A DNA stretch of 64,000 nucleotides from Paraphysomonas bandaiensis (lineage: Eukaryota; Protista; Chrysophyceae): assembly GCA_965644295.1 (NCBI GenBank), contig CBFFRP010000309.1:67611-131610 (forward strand), read 5' to 3'. Made by a program: the position numbers and the translations under genes. Below, one piece after another: positions 25,904 to 38,617 of the stretch. The notes under the pieces were generated by a model, which was not told the DNA's origin, made no database searches, and saw nothing but the letters and a program-made list of their open reading frames with translations. How positions within the stretch are numbered: the stretch's first letter is position 1; each line of letters opens with the position of its first letter.

Positions 25904-26639
25904 GATGTCGTTATGATGCTGTTCTGTCAGTTTAGAGGACAGGGTAAGTATCAAACATTTGAAATGTTGTTTCCTCATCACATCATATTGTGAATCCTTG
26001 TTCACAAATATTATGTGCTTGAGTATCACACATTAGTACAGTAGAATCAGCAATAGGTCAACATTGATGCTGCTTGTAACCCATTACGTTTTCAGAATAT
26101 TCAGTGCAACTTTAATAGACGGTTGTACTTGGTGATTGACAACACTACAACAGTGATATTAGGCGACCGTATAGTCCAATCGAGAGAATCCAATCTGCAA
26201 TCTTATATTGTAGCGGAGTAAGACATGGAATGAAAAAGTATATAAGTATGTAGTAGCGAACCTAACTCAATATATCTCGTGATTTTACCTCAGTAAATAT
26301 TTTAATTTACAGTAGTTAACATATACATGACAGCACATTACATCGTGCGTTCTGAATGCGTATGACAAATGTGATCTTTTGTGACAGCCCAAAATGGGGA
26401 AACGAAATATATAATCGTTCCATTAGAGCTTATGATGATTCACTAACATAAGAACGACGCCACACAGCTTGTTAGTAGTATTGATCTAAACCACAGTGCA
26501 CAAAAAAACACCTTAGTAACGCTGCTTTCTTATAGTGATTACGTGACTACTATACAATTACAAGTCTGTATGTCACAGATTCAAGTCTTCAAACGAATAT
26601 ATAAAACAAAATATATTGCTACAAGTTAACAATGCTAAG

Positions 26640-27116
26640 CTAATCAGAATCTCCATAAGAATTTAACAAATCACCTAGTCCCCCTGAAGTAGATACATCA
26701 AATTTATTTGAATCAGATACGGGATCGTTACTCTTTCCCTCTTCGCTACCAACACTATCAGACTGACGTTTTTTTCTCTTCTTAGCTTTGATTTTAACAT
26801 TGATATTAAGGGTATCACTCTGGCGCTTTTCTTTGAGCACAAAGTTTGTGCCTTCAGAGGCAGAGCTCTGTGCTCTACTGGCATTCAATCTGAAAGCTGT
26901 TAGCTCCTTCTCCTCAAGTATCTTATTACGTCTCTCAATAGCTTTGTACTCTTCCTCTTTAGTCTTCAGATATAATAAGTCAGAAGTATCATATGCCCCT
27001 GTTTGCTCTGCCCATCGCGGGATATGCCTCGTGATCGCCTCCACCTGCGCTTGCTCGCTGGCACTCTTCGCCTCTTCTAGATTAGTGATGATTTTATCTT
27101 CTTCATTTGCTGGCAT
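26640..27116 (-). CDS. Small coiled-coil nuclear protein, FAM192A/NIP30/Fyv6-like
   Basis: 158 aa with a charged helix (YDTSDLLYLKTKEEEYKAIERRNKILEEKELTAFR), a basic NLS-like KAKKRKKR and C-terminal GLGDLLNSYGDSD. Family call is by resemblance only. Confidence 0.5.
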   Translation of the reverse strand: MPANEEDKIITNLEEAKSASEQAQVEAITRHIPRWAEQTGAYDTSDLLYLKTKEEEYKAIERRNKILEEKELTAFRLNASRAQSSASEGTNFVLKEKRQSDTLNINVKIKAKKRKKRQSDSVGSEEGKSNDPVSDSNKFDVSTSGGLGDLLNSYGDSD

Positions 27117-27230
27117 TGTAATAATCTATCTCACAGAGTCAATGATGAATACAAATGTATTGTCTATAGACTGATCGAGATGTGGAGGCGCTTAATGTTA
27201 TACATATATATAACTTGAGATGAGATTCAT

Positions 27231-27300
27231 TGTACAGCAGTACAACAGTACAGCAGTACAGCAGTACAACAGTACAGCAGTACAGCAGGACATCAGTACA
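27231..27300. repeat. CAGTA/CAG low-complexity tandem repeat
   Basis: TACAGCAGTACAACAGTACAGCAG units repeated. Confidence 0.85.
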
Positions 27301-28484
27301 TTAGTACACCATATATATAGCAGTACACTGCCTAGAGACGGACAGCAGTATATACACAGCACTTTTCATGTAGCAGTAAGTACACCATCTGTACACGTAC
27401 AATACAGCAGTACATCAGCATATCATACATACATATCTAGATATCCATGTGTATCATACACAGATATCAGGTCATATAACAATCCCTGTGTATGTAGTGC
27501 CCGTAGTGGTCATACATTCAGCGATGTCATATCAACAGTACCTCTGTTAGGCTCTGTCGTCTATTGGATTGGCTCTCTTGATCAATGATTATTTATCATC
27601 TCTTTCAATTGATAAAGCCAAGGATGAAACCAAGTGCAGTGTCTGTGTATTGAGTACATTTCAACGTAGATTCTATATGATTGATACACAGCAGAGTCAC
27701 ATGGATACACTATAGGTTATATTTATAGATTAGTGTTAGTTTTAAACACACTGGCTAAAGATGTTAAATTATCTACGATTTAATTTTCGTATTATAGGAT
27801 TTACAAGTTCAGGAAATTGTGTATTACACATTAAGTTAATAAACCATAAGCTCTATCGGGTCTTTATCGAATTTATCGTATATGTTAGTACCGGCACCTA
27901 TATTTGCTAGTACTGACTATGGTAGTCTGATTCCAATCAATTCGAAAAATTCATAGAAAGGGGATTCTAGACTGCGCTGTCCTTGAATGCAGTAATTACT
28001 GAATAAGAGACTTCATCTATGTCAACTATTTATTTATGTTTTAGCTTATAATAGGTTGAACTTTGTAAGTTTTTATAGTTCGTCGAAAATCAGTTTTTTT
28101 ATTTTCTTGAAAACTGTAAATTTAAGTATAACGGGTATTGGTATTTTTTAATGATAAAAATTGCGAAGCCATTCGTCCAAGTAGCGGCGATCTTCCTGTT
28201 GTTTCCAGATATCACTTGTCGGACTTGGCACAAGAAGTGTTAGGGAAATGTCATACTTGCCCCACTCGGGCAAAACGGGATACTCAAATTATGAACACCC
28301 TTATTCGGAAATGTGTATTCATAATAATAAAATAAACTTACCACACTTAATATTCAAAACGTGCACAGTGTGGAAACTAAGCTAAGGCGTGTATAATAAC
28401 TAGTGGCAATTCTAATACTGCATATAAATTTTCATTCGCCTAATGACCACTTCTGCACACCACAATGACCGAAGTCAGCTACTA

Positions 28485-29645
28485 CTAAACAACGTGATAC
28501 CCCATGGCTCGTTTAACCTTTCGCAAGTTGTGCTCTGCAACTGCATTTGCGTGATTTCTACCATCCGCTAATATGGCGGATAATTTCTCATCGTCCTGAA
28601 TAATATCATGGTATCTAGTCTGAATAGGTGTTAAGTGCTCTACAACAGCCTCTGTCAGGAGAGGCTTAAATTGTCCCCAGTTCATATCTGCTACACTCCT
28701 CTCCACTTCTTCCTTACTCAACCCCGTCATAGCCTGATAGATGCCTAACAAATTGCTGCATTCCGGGCGGTCTTCTCTCCACTCTATTCCTTTGAAAGAA
28801 TCAGTTTTGCAACGTTTAATTTTTTTCCGAATGACATCGGGGGGATCAAGTATGTTAATTCTAGAGCCATCACTGTCACTACTTTTCGACATTTTGGACC
28901 GTCCATCTAGCAAAGACATTACTCGCGCCCCACTTTCCATAATTAGCGCATCTGGCTCCCGCAATACCGGCTTATTTTTTTTACCATATTGATCGTTAAA
29001 CCGCCGGCATATATCCCGACATAGCTCTAGGTGCTGCCTCTGGTCCTCACCCACAGGTACCAAACTGGTGTCGTATAACAATATGTCAGCTGCCATAAGC
29101 ACAGGGTAGTTCAATAACCCCGCATGGACATTATCACCCTGCTTTATTGCCTTCTCTTTGTACTGAATCATACGTTCTAACCAACTCATAGGTGTGATAC
29201 AATTCAGAAGCCATGCTAACTCAGCGTGGGCAGACACGTGACTTTGAACAAATATGTGACTTTTTTCGGGATCGATTCCTTAAGCACATGTTTAAAATAC
29301 GTTAATGGAAAAATAAACTCACATACCAGCAGCAATGTATATAGCAGCCGCTTGTAGCGTTTCTTCTTTTAGTTTTTTAACGTTATGTGGCACAGTAATG
29401 GCGTGCAAGTCAACTACACAGAAGAAGTTTTCGTAGTTGTTTTGATTGGCCACCCACTGCTTTAAAGCACCTATACATCTGTCACACAATATTGACAGTC
29501 ATCAATATATTCTCGCACCAATATAATTGCCAATGTGCAGAGATCCTGTGGGTTGTATTCCGGATAAGACCCGCTGCTTTGCAGGGGAAGAGAAACTTCT
29601 GAAATATGACCGATTAAGCATACAAGCGAGTGTCTTTAGATGCAT
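28485..29645 (-). CDS. trpS: Tryptophanyl-tRNA synthetase, bacterial/organellar type, probably mitochondrial; two introns (about 29518-29471 and 29326-29280)
   Basis: Motifs RVLSGIQPTGSLHIGNYIG, VDLHAIT, QSHVSAHAEL, YPVLMAADILLY, VPVGEDQRQHLEL and KMSKS. N-terminus MHLKTLACMLNRSYFRSFSS looks like a transit peptide. Confidence 0.95.
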
Positions 29646-29769
29646 TCTAAGGATACTAATAGAGGGTTGGTACTATCTGATGTGGGCGTTCCACCAATCT
29701 GCTCAACAGAGGCAGTGTATGTCTGCAATATAGTCTATTCCATATACTATCCAGTCAGTCCCAGTCCAC

Positions 29770-29950
29770 AACTATATACCACACTACTATGTACCACACT
29801 GCTCCGTGTACCAGACTACTATGTACCACACTACTATACACCACACCACTATATACCACACTACTTTGTGTACCACACTACTATATACCACACTACTTTG
29901 TGTACCACACTACTATATACCACACTACTTTGTGTACCACACTACTACGA
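29770..29950. repeat. Minisatellite of 15/17-nt units (ACCACACTACTATAT / ACCACACTACTTTGTGT)
   Basis: Tandem units seen directly upstream of TrpRS. Confidence 0.92.
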
Positions 29951-30018
29951 TATGTACTCTATACAGCAGTACAGTACCGGAGTATCTATAGACATATAAT
30001 AGGTACACAACACTCTAG

Positions 30019-30200
30019 CTAGGAGACGTTTTTCGACAAAGCGGACGAGTCTGGTCCCACTTCATTTTTTTGTATTGCGTTTTTCGTATGGAACATGAGT
30101 GTAGAGCTTGAAATTGTGGTCAAAATGAGTACAATTTTTTTATTTCGAGTGAGTCCGACAAGTGGAGGGCTGGTCCACTTTGTCAAAAAACGTCTCCTAG
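30019..30200. mobile_element. MITE-like element (~180 bp) with imperfect TIRs
   Basis: CTAGGAGACGTTTTTCGACAAAGCGGAC at the left versus GTCCACTTTGTCAAAAAACGTCTCCTAG at the right (2 mismatches in 28 bp). TA/CTAG at both ends could be the TSD. Confidence 0.7.
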
Positions 30201-30621
30201 GAGGTTCCTAATGTATTACAAGTGTACTCCTGTATACTCTACAAAATACATCATACTCTCCTACTTGTAAAATACACTGTATTCCACACTAGACTACAGC
30301 TCTATATATGTAACGGTTAACCGTTTTTTAGATATTGAATGTGTTTTTTTATATGAAAACTAGCGTAGAATTTAGTTTAGTATGTAAATCTGTGTAGAGT
30401 TTGGAGAGCGTGTATATACAGCAGCACACAGCAGCACTGCTGCATGATCCTCTGCAGAGGTGCAGTTGGAGTCTATATACATACATGAGACGATAGTTGC
30501 ATTGTTTATACATATAATTGCATGCTATATATGTATATATATAACTACAATAGGAATTACACATATAGCATATGCCATTCACTGTTGTGACTTTATTCCA
30601 CGTGTTGTTTGAATAGAAATC

Positions 30622-33070
30622 ATGATAGAAAACAAGGAAGAAGTCATTAAGAAATGCGAAGAGTTGATAAGAAGTTTCAATCCTGTTACTCATTCAATTG
30701 ATACACATATTCAAGATCAACTTACAAAAAAACTGAAAGTAAGAATGTATATTTTATAATTATGTAACTGTATCTTATGCATGTTTGCTGCAGCTGTCAG
30801 ATGACGAGAAGATGTTCATACAGCAGGTTGTGTATGGCTGGTATCGCGAAAGACGTGCACTGGAAAGTTTTTCTGATAACTTTTTTGCTGATAATGCTGC
30901 ATTTGTATCAAGAGCAGATAAAACGATGTATATCATATTTACCTACATTGCTGTATATCGCTTAGAAGACTTTGGATTCAACCATTTTAAGGCTCTGGCG
31001 GGAACACAAGACCCCACTAAAATGTTTAATCTTATATCATATCTCTTCAATACGGTACGGATTGCTTTCTCGTTAAAGTATGATCCTAACGAAGTTACAA
31101 TATAGGACAACCTCTGGTCCTGTTTGCGTGCGGATTGGATGAAAACATACGACCTGACATATGTAGAGGATGAGCTCATAGCTGGTATTGAAGCCTTCAT
31201 TCCTGAAGCAGATAAGTACATGCTGGAGCTTCAGGAAAAGGCTCAAGGACTGGCAGCTGCTCAGGCAGCTAAAGAACAGACCCTGAAAGAGGGAAAAGCT
31301 GGTTTGGGCGAGGTCGCGAAGCGTAGCACCACTAAGGCAGTGTCACCGAAGCTAACCCGACCTCGACCACCCCGTTTCCCCGAGCCAGTGCAGATTACGC
31401 AAAACGTCAGTCTGTGCTACCGTGCATCTCTTCAACTTTTTCTCAACCATGTAATATAGGTTACAGTGAATGAAGTGCCTTCTAATTTGGATCGTATCTC
31501 GGTGGCCCAGCTGGAAGAACAGAGACAGAAGCAGCTCGAAGTAACTAGAAAGAAGACTGCGGCACAGTATAATGAAAAATATCAGTTCCAGCTGAGCACC
31601 ACAAAGGGCGGACGAAACATTGATGACTTACGAGAAGAAATGGAAGAAAAGCAGAACAGAGAGTTACAATTTGACTCTTCTTTTGTAAATGAACCGCCAG
31701 ATTTCTCGAAAATACCAGCGAAAGTTCGTCTGAATGCTGCTTCAATACTTAGAGAGGACGCCTTGTATAAGAAGCAACAGGCGAAGGATGTTGAACTGTT
31801 GAAACAGTATGAATGGGAGTTAAGAGACTGCTCAGAGTATTACACATGGCAAAAGGAAATGAAGGATCGGGATGAGGTTATGAAGCTGCGACAAGTGGCT
31901 ATGAGGAGGGAACAAGCTAAAGCGAGTGCAGAGGAGGCCAAGGAGGCCATGACCCGACAACGAGAAGACAATAAAGCGGTGGCAGATGTACTCCGACAGC
32001 AAGCAGAAGCAATAAAACTCCAGAAGGAGCTTGAAGATGAAATACGCGTGCTACAGAACCAGGAGCTAGCCAGTAATGTTATCGCTGTGAGAGATACGAA
32101 ACCTCGAGAGGCCAAAAAGAAAGTATTGGAGGAGCGGCTCGTGGCTGTGAAAAAGTTGAAAGAGGAGCTCGAGCAGAAGCAAAGGGAGAAGGAGACAGAA
32201 GATGCAATTGAAGAGGAGCGTCGTGCAGATCGAATCAGACAACTCAGAGCCCTAAATACGGTTCATAAAAAGCATATTAAGGTATTTGACCCAACTGAAA
32301 CTGCGGGTACTATGGTGATGGACGAGATGTCCTATATGGAGATGAAGGAGCGTCTTGAGATGGAGAAGACACGTGCAGCAACTGTAGTAGCGAACAAAAA
32401 CCAGGAGATCCTGGAGGCAAAGGAAAAGAAGGCCCATGATCTGGAAGAGAAAGCAAAAGGTATAATGCGGGCGAGAGAGGTGAAAGCACAAGCTACCCGG
32501 GCAGCTATGCAAAGACGCAAGGAACAGGAGAAACGTGAGGCAGAAGAGAAAGAGAAAGCCCGCGCAGCCGCTGCAGCAGCTCTGGAGGATGAATTAAGGC
32601 AAAAGCGCCAAGCGAAAAAGCAAGAACAGGATGCACTGATTGCCGAGGCGGAGAGAGTCAAGCGTCAGCAGCAATACTTGGGAGCGGCGATGGGCCGAGT
32701 GGATGAGACCAGGGCAGAGCAGATTCTTTTGGGCCAAGAGAGAGAGGCTAAGGTCATTCAGTCCAGAATAAAGGAGGAGGCGGTTAAGAGAGAAAAAGCT
32801 TACGCGTCAGATCTCACCAACAGGAGAGAAGCTGCGCGAAAAGAGAAGCGGGAGAAAGTGGCTCTGATGGCTGAAAAGGACATGGAAGTCCTTAGAGAAA
32901 GGAGAGTTGCCATAGGAAAGATGAAAGACGATTATCATAGAAAGAAGCAGATGGTCAAGGAGGGACGCAAACAGCACGAGAAAACACATGCAGTCAAGGT
33001 AGAGCACAATTTATATGCTGCCCGGATTACAGCCGAATCATTAGCAAAGAGTAGAGCTCATAAGGCGTAA
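30622..33070 (+). CDS. CFAP99: Cilia- and flagella-associated protein 99; three introns (about 30739-30792, 31054-31105, 31406-31459)
   Basis: N-terminal SFNPVTHSIDTH...FIQQVVYG...YIAVYRLEDFGF...W...YD..YV, then RLNAASILREDAL and a long E/K/R coiled coil. Confidence 0.8.
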
Positions 33071-34077
33071 TTCAACGCACAAAGTTAGCTTCGTTATGTA
33101 GTTTGTAGTTATATCGTTCTCTTCGGTTGCGTGTTGAATGTGTACAAATTGATGTGATGATGAAGTACGATACTGATATTATGATGTAGTGTGCAGTAGA
33201 TCTCTAACCTGAACTCTCTTTTCAAGGGATCAGTGAATTGGAAGGCTTCATATGTAGAGTACATCAATCGTCAACACCAAGTATCACATTGTGAATAAAA
33301 AACTATACGAAGAGATTGATGGTAGAAGAGCCTTCAATCCGATTCGAAGAACATAAGTGGGAGTACGTTCACTACGCATACAAACTTGTACTGCAACTGA
33401 AAATAGAATGTAGTTTTCCTGACTTTGAGTTTTGAGTATACTTGTATCTTTTTGCTTTGGTCACACACATACTGAAACTTTCCAAATAGGAGTATCTTTT
33501 CCTTCAATACAGTATTTTCTCTTCTTATCAACATTTGACATTAGGAGTATCAGAAAAAGACATAACTGAACAATACTTTCACTCTATTATGCTTAGATTA
33601 TAAGTTATAAACAATATTTCTAATCATTCACCAATTTTATGTTATCTCTACTGCCACTCATTTTTTGTACGGTCTTATTTCGTCGCTAACTTGCATCGTC
33701 ACTATATTCCCGTTTCACTGCTATATGCTATATACTTATCGTCATGATATTAAATAGCTCATAATACAGTTAACCACAGCTGTATACTATATACTACAAA
33801 TTTAAATCCCTTATAACTACAGCTTTCAATTGTTCTCAAATAGCAGAACACAACACGAAGGGTGTAAAATTAAGTTACTAAACGTTTAGCTCCATTAATA
33901 ATTTATTAGTAAAATTATAATATTCATTAGATAACATGTTGATATTCGCGAATGACTATTATGATGCATATGCTAAACTGGAATTGGTTCTCTTTTACAT
34001 TGCAAAGAATTCAGTATTGTGTTGAAGTTATGTAAGAGAAACTTCGGATGTTCTGCGGGGAGTTTTTTGGATATTTG

Positions 34078-34760
34078 TGTCAGGATAATACCTACGCGCT
34101 GACGCAAGAAAGAAAAGAATCAGTAAACTCGATTACATAGCCAGCCTGAAGTGAATGGAACAGTTAAAAGTTGATCGCATAGTACGAATGTCATCAAAAG
34201 TCATCGTAAATTATAATCAGGATGATATAAGAACTATAAACGATTTGAAATACACTGCTGTTCCTAAGAACCGTTGTATTTTTTTGTTTTGTTCGCACCT
34301 TTCCGGAAATATAATCGAGTTTACTGATTCTTTTCTTTCTTGCGTCAGCGCGTACTGGCGGTACTACTTGCGTGGTGATTCTAGGCTGGAATAATTAATA
34401 ATTAATGGGCATTAGGTCAAAGCTTAGAACAAACATCAATAATAATTCATTGTCCTATCTACACTTGTGTGTCTTGTGTGGTATACCCTGTAGCGAGCCG
34501 TTTCCTTGGTTATCAAACCGGGTTTCATTACAGTAAATATTTATTCTAAGCAATAACCTAATGTCTAGCTAATGATTTCACCACGATTATGAGGCAGAAT
34601 ATAAACGCTTCATTAAAGGTCTATAGGACGCTTGTGAGTTGTTTTATCCCGACTATGAACTGGAGTGGATTTTACGGTTCTGTACTCTACCGGCCAATGG
34701 CAATGGAGGAGATATCACGAGTCTTTGAATTAGAATTCTCCTTGTGTCTGTATCGTTACA
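34078..34760. mobile_element. LTR-like unit (~420 bp without the nested MITE)
   Basis: Begins TGTCAGGATA and ends TATCGTTACA (TG...CA with imperfect 10-bp terminal inverted repeats). No partner LTR or TSD found in the window. Confidence 0.45.
34095..34352. mobile_element. MITE with 41-bp perfect TIRs and TA target-site duplication (Tc1/mariner-type)
   Basis: TA|CGCGCTGACGCAAGAAAGAAAAGAATCAGTAAACTCGATTA (34095-34135) has its exact reverse complement at 34312-34352, followed by TA. Confidence 0.85.
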
Positions 34761-34770
34761 TCCACCGAAC

Positions 34771-35410
34771 CAAAACATGGTGTCCTCGTATCGATGACAA
34801 AGAGTACGGATTGATACGACTCTTTAAGACTTTGAATGACGGGACCTGTGTTAAGTATGTGTTGGGGTGCATGTCGACTAATAAATTCGAATCTATGAGT
34901 GAATTTTTCAAAGAGTATTCAGCTGTACTGTTAGATCATTATCAAGTAACCATCGCGTACCGACAGTTACCTATGGAGTCGACTACAATGTTTCAACAGC
35001 AGCACAAGGACTATCATAAGAGGAGAAAGGAACTATTCTCTCAACAGTCCAACAAAGCTTCGTTGAACAGTCGTGCTGATTCTAAACCAAGGTTTTCGTA
35101 AGTGTCACATCTAGATACTTACGATGAGTCTGGTGGAAACTATGATGATGAGTGGGATGATAATGATGGGTATGTACCAAATGATGATCATTTGTGGGAT
35201 GCTCCGAGTGAGACTTGGCGGTCCAGCAATCTGGAAGCACATGACGAAAAGCATGTTGATGAGGAGCGTCGTGTTAACTCTGATAGGTCTCTGTCAGCCA
35301 TGCATTCTAGACCAACAGGTGCTCAGAATAATAAGACCGATAAGTATGGGTGTCTTAGGAAAATTATGTATGCCAAGTGCGACAAAACAGACTGTCCTTA
35401 CAATCATAAT
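34771..35410 (+). repeat. Inverted, slightly diverged copy of the gag 3' region (matches 36261-35583 on the minus strand)
   Basis: Same peptides (KTWCPR.DDKEYGL...KPRFS*VSHLDTY...CDKTDCPYNH). About 8 substitutions plus 48-nt and 9-nt indels. Confidence 0.95.
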
Positions 35411-35444
35411 CCTCCTTGTCTGTATCGTTACATCCACCGAACCA

Positions 35445-37244
35445 TCAAGGGCGGGAATCACGGAAGTGATCCCTCCCCAAGATGGTCGGTTGTTTGTCCC
35501 TCTGCTCCGAACCTCCCGCAGACTTAAGATACGCATCGATCTTGTCCCGCATTTCGGACGCAGAATCCAACAGACATTTCGCATTATGATTGTAAGGACA
35601 GTCTGTTTTGTCGCACTTGCCATACATAATTATCCTAAGACACCCATACTTATCGGTCTTAGCACCTGTTGGTCTAGAATGCATGGCTGACAGAGACCTA
35701 TCAGAGTTAACACGACGCTCCTCATCAACTGCTGCGTCATTACCCGACATTGGTTTGACATCTGTCATCACAGCAATATGCTTTTCGTCATGTGCTTCCA
35801 GATTGCTGGACCGCCAAGTCTCATTCGGAGCATCCCACAAATGATCATCATTTGGTATATACCCATCATTATCATCCCACTCATCATCATAGTTTCCACC
35901 AGACTCATCGTAAGTATCTAGATGTGACACTTACGAAAACCTTGGTTTAGAATCAGCACGACTGTTCAACGAAGCTTTGTTGGACTGTTGAGAGAATAGT
36001 TCCTTTCTCCTCTTATGATAGTCCTTGTGCAGCTGTTGAAACATTGTAGTCGACTCCATAGGTAACTGTCGGTACGCGATGGTTACTTGATAATGATCTA
36101 GCAGTACAGCTGAATACTCTTTGAAAAATTCACTCATAGATTCGAATTTATTAGTCGACATGCACCCCAACACATACTTAACATAGGTCCCGTCATTCAA
36201 AGTCTTAAAGAGTCGTATCAATCCGTACTCTTTGTCATCGACACGAGGACACCATGTTTTGTTTGAGACCAACATGATAGACAACATTGTTTGGAACGAC
36301 TGCATCAAGTTCAATTGCTGATGATAGAATGCCTCAAAAGTCACAGCATTTACATACTTCCAGTCCATAATTTGGATATGTTTCAAGGAATCTCTGAGGT
36401 CATTATAAAATGCCACGCAATTGAACACCTTGGTCTCCTGAGCCACAATGAGAAGCAAATCCGAAACATCCATTTGTGCCAGCTGCGCATGTGTGATGCT
36501 GTACACATTCCGCAGATGTGCCTTCAAACTGGTTGAAAGTACCTTTTGAATTCGCACCTCAGTTTCTTCTTGCTCTTGAAACTCTAAGATGTCTTTGATC
36601 GCTTTCGCCACTTTACCCAACTTAAAGTCATTGATGCGAACATGACACCTCCTTTCCTCTCTAGTTATGGTAACTGTTTTGGCACTAGCCACCTCAGAAC
36701 TTTTCTTCAAATCCCTGAATAACTTGCCCGCTTTCTTGCCCTTGAATATGTTATCCATGAGGGTAGGCACATCATGAGCACCATCACCATCAACATCGGG
36801 ATTCGAACCATCGTCCTCCTTGTTACTATCTTCCTCTTGAGGAATAATGCGAAACTTAGCCATGTTTTCCAGAGTGGAATACCTCGGCTGACGTTTGTGT
36901 TTCGACGTGCGTTTGGTAACCTTTTGCCGCTGATGTGAGCCCACAGAAGCCTGAGACTGACTGCTCTCACCATCCTCAACATTTTGTACTCTATCCTCCA
37001 ATATTTGCATCCTGCTGCTGAGGTTAGATTCTGCAGTGGCCACCTCTGTAAAAGACTGAGACATGGTACGAACTGTGTCCAAAATCTCTTGGTTTGGATT
37101 GATGTTTGGAGCAGAAGACTCCTGAACGACATCATGCACACCTCCAGCAGCATCTTGTTTGGTTTCACCACGACCTGCGGCTTCCTGATCTTTCACAGGA
37201 GTTTTCTTGCCGCCTCTCCTCGTTTTACCAGTCGGAGTAGACAT
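35445..37244 (-). mobile_element. Gag-like ORF of a probable LTR retrotransposon, split by an in-frame TAA at 35933-35931; no pol downstream
   Basis: Disordered N-terminus, helical core and a C-terminal C-x8-C-x4-C-x3-H finger (CLRIIMYGKCDKTDCPYNH). Intronless and inside a TE island. Confidence 0.55.
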
Positions 37245-37479
37245 GGTTAATGTGAGAAGAACTTCCGCCTCAAAGACTATATCCACCAAACTTTTCCCTA
37301 ACACACTGAGACAAGCAACCCTCTGGCAAATCCTAGAACCACTGACCCAGAACTCAACAACACACCAAGACAAATCCCAAAGACAACCCTGCGTAAGAAT
37401 CCAATAACTCAACACTCAACACTCAAACCCGTTGAACCCGTCGGATTTGTACAAGTGACAACAGTTAACACACAGGCGG

Positions 37480-38560
37480 TATCCATTGAATTTGGTGGAG
37501 GTATTAAATGAAATAGCTGATGCCAAACCCCAAGGTATCCTCAATGAAAGTCTACCTGCCTTTACCCATACGAGACGCCCCATACACTGGGTACGCTCGC
37601 ACCCAGAACGACGTACCACAGACAAAACCAAATGGCCTTTTGAGAAATGGGTATCTTCATTGCCGATGCGACGCCAGTGGAAATTGGAAACATCTTGACA
37701 ATACCCTTGGATCCCGCAATGTCACCACGGCCAATGTCACTCAGCTCATAGTTGACTTTCTTACTGTCGGGCAGTGGCACTGGCGTTGATATGATACACA
37801 TCTCTAATCCGACATAGGACCACTTCTGAGAGACGCACTTTACCTTAGTTACAAATACGACCTCCAACAATGGCGCCCTATCGAATCGTGAACGTCTGGG
37901 ACAAGTCATACACAATAGGCCAACATATAGCGAAAGGAAAAGAAGGGATCGAAGCCACTGCAGTAGCGAAATATACTGACTGCAATCATGACAGCATCGC
38001 ACATATGATCCTCAAGTGCTCCCACCACGACCATGCACATGTTAGAGAAGAGATACATCACCAACACCGTAAGGTGCCTGACACTGCCATGAAAACCACA
38101 GTCCTTCGACCATGGTTCTACACTGCTCTTACCAAGATTTCCTACGCAGCTTGAAATTTCACTACGCTCCAAGTAGAGAGATACTGGACAGGCAATGTCA
38201 CATCCTCACAACGAGCAAATGCCTTCGGACATCACATCTCCACTGCCATACAACCTCAGGAGTTCCATCAGCTTGTGAAATTGATAGTAAAAATACTCCA
38301 CCCACTCTACAATGGAGGGCTCCGCATGCTCAAGAGGGCAGAGAACGACGGCATATCCAAGCCCTCACTCGCAGCACACAGACGACAACGAACTCTACCG
38401 AACCAAGCCGTCACGATCCCATGTCCAAGGGATCAGGCTGGTGGCTCAGGATAAAATAAGGGCTTATGCTCGTCAGAACCTGGCAGGTTGTGGGAGTGAA
38501 TGGTGCGATTTATACCATGCCAAGTTTGATGACGGGTGGGGAGACAAAGCATCATATTTC
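37480..38560 (+). pseudogene. Degenerate non-LTR retrotransposon 3' fragment (RNase H end and zinc-knuckle region)
   Basis: LNEIADA resembles the RNase H GNE.AD motif; TDCNHDSIAHMILKC resembles the LINE C-terminal CCHC. Multiple stops and frameshifts. Confidence 0.5.
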
Positions 38561-38617
38561 CAGAATAAGACGATTTTGATTTGATTCCGCTGTTGAGGAC
38601 CCGGTGCAAATTGCATA

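Noticed and set aside
29770-29950. Possible CRISPR-like array
   Set aside because: Units are directly tandem with no unique spacers, there are no cas genes, and the context is eukaryotic.
34589-35101. 170-aa ORF as a host gene
   Set aside because: It is a chimera of LTR-like sequence and the inverted gag fragment.
35931-35933. Alternative genetic code (TAA as sense) to explain the split gag
   Set aside because: Host genes here end normally at TAA, TAG or TGA, and their long exons contain no in-frame stops.
35918-35934. 17-nt micro-intron GTAAGTGTCACATCTAG removing the gag stop
   Set aside because: It is far shorter than the introns of about 45 nt or more seen here, and removal would shift the frame away from the zinc finger.
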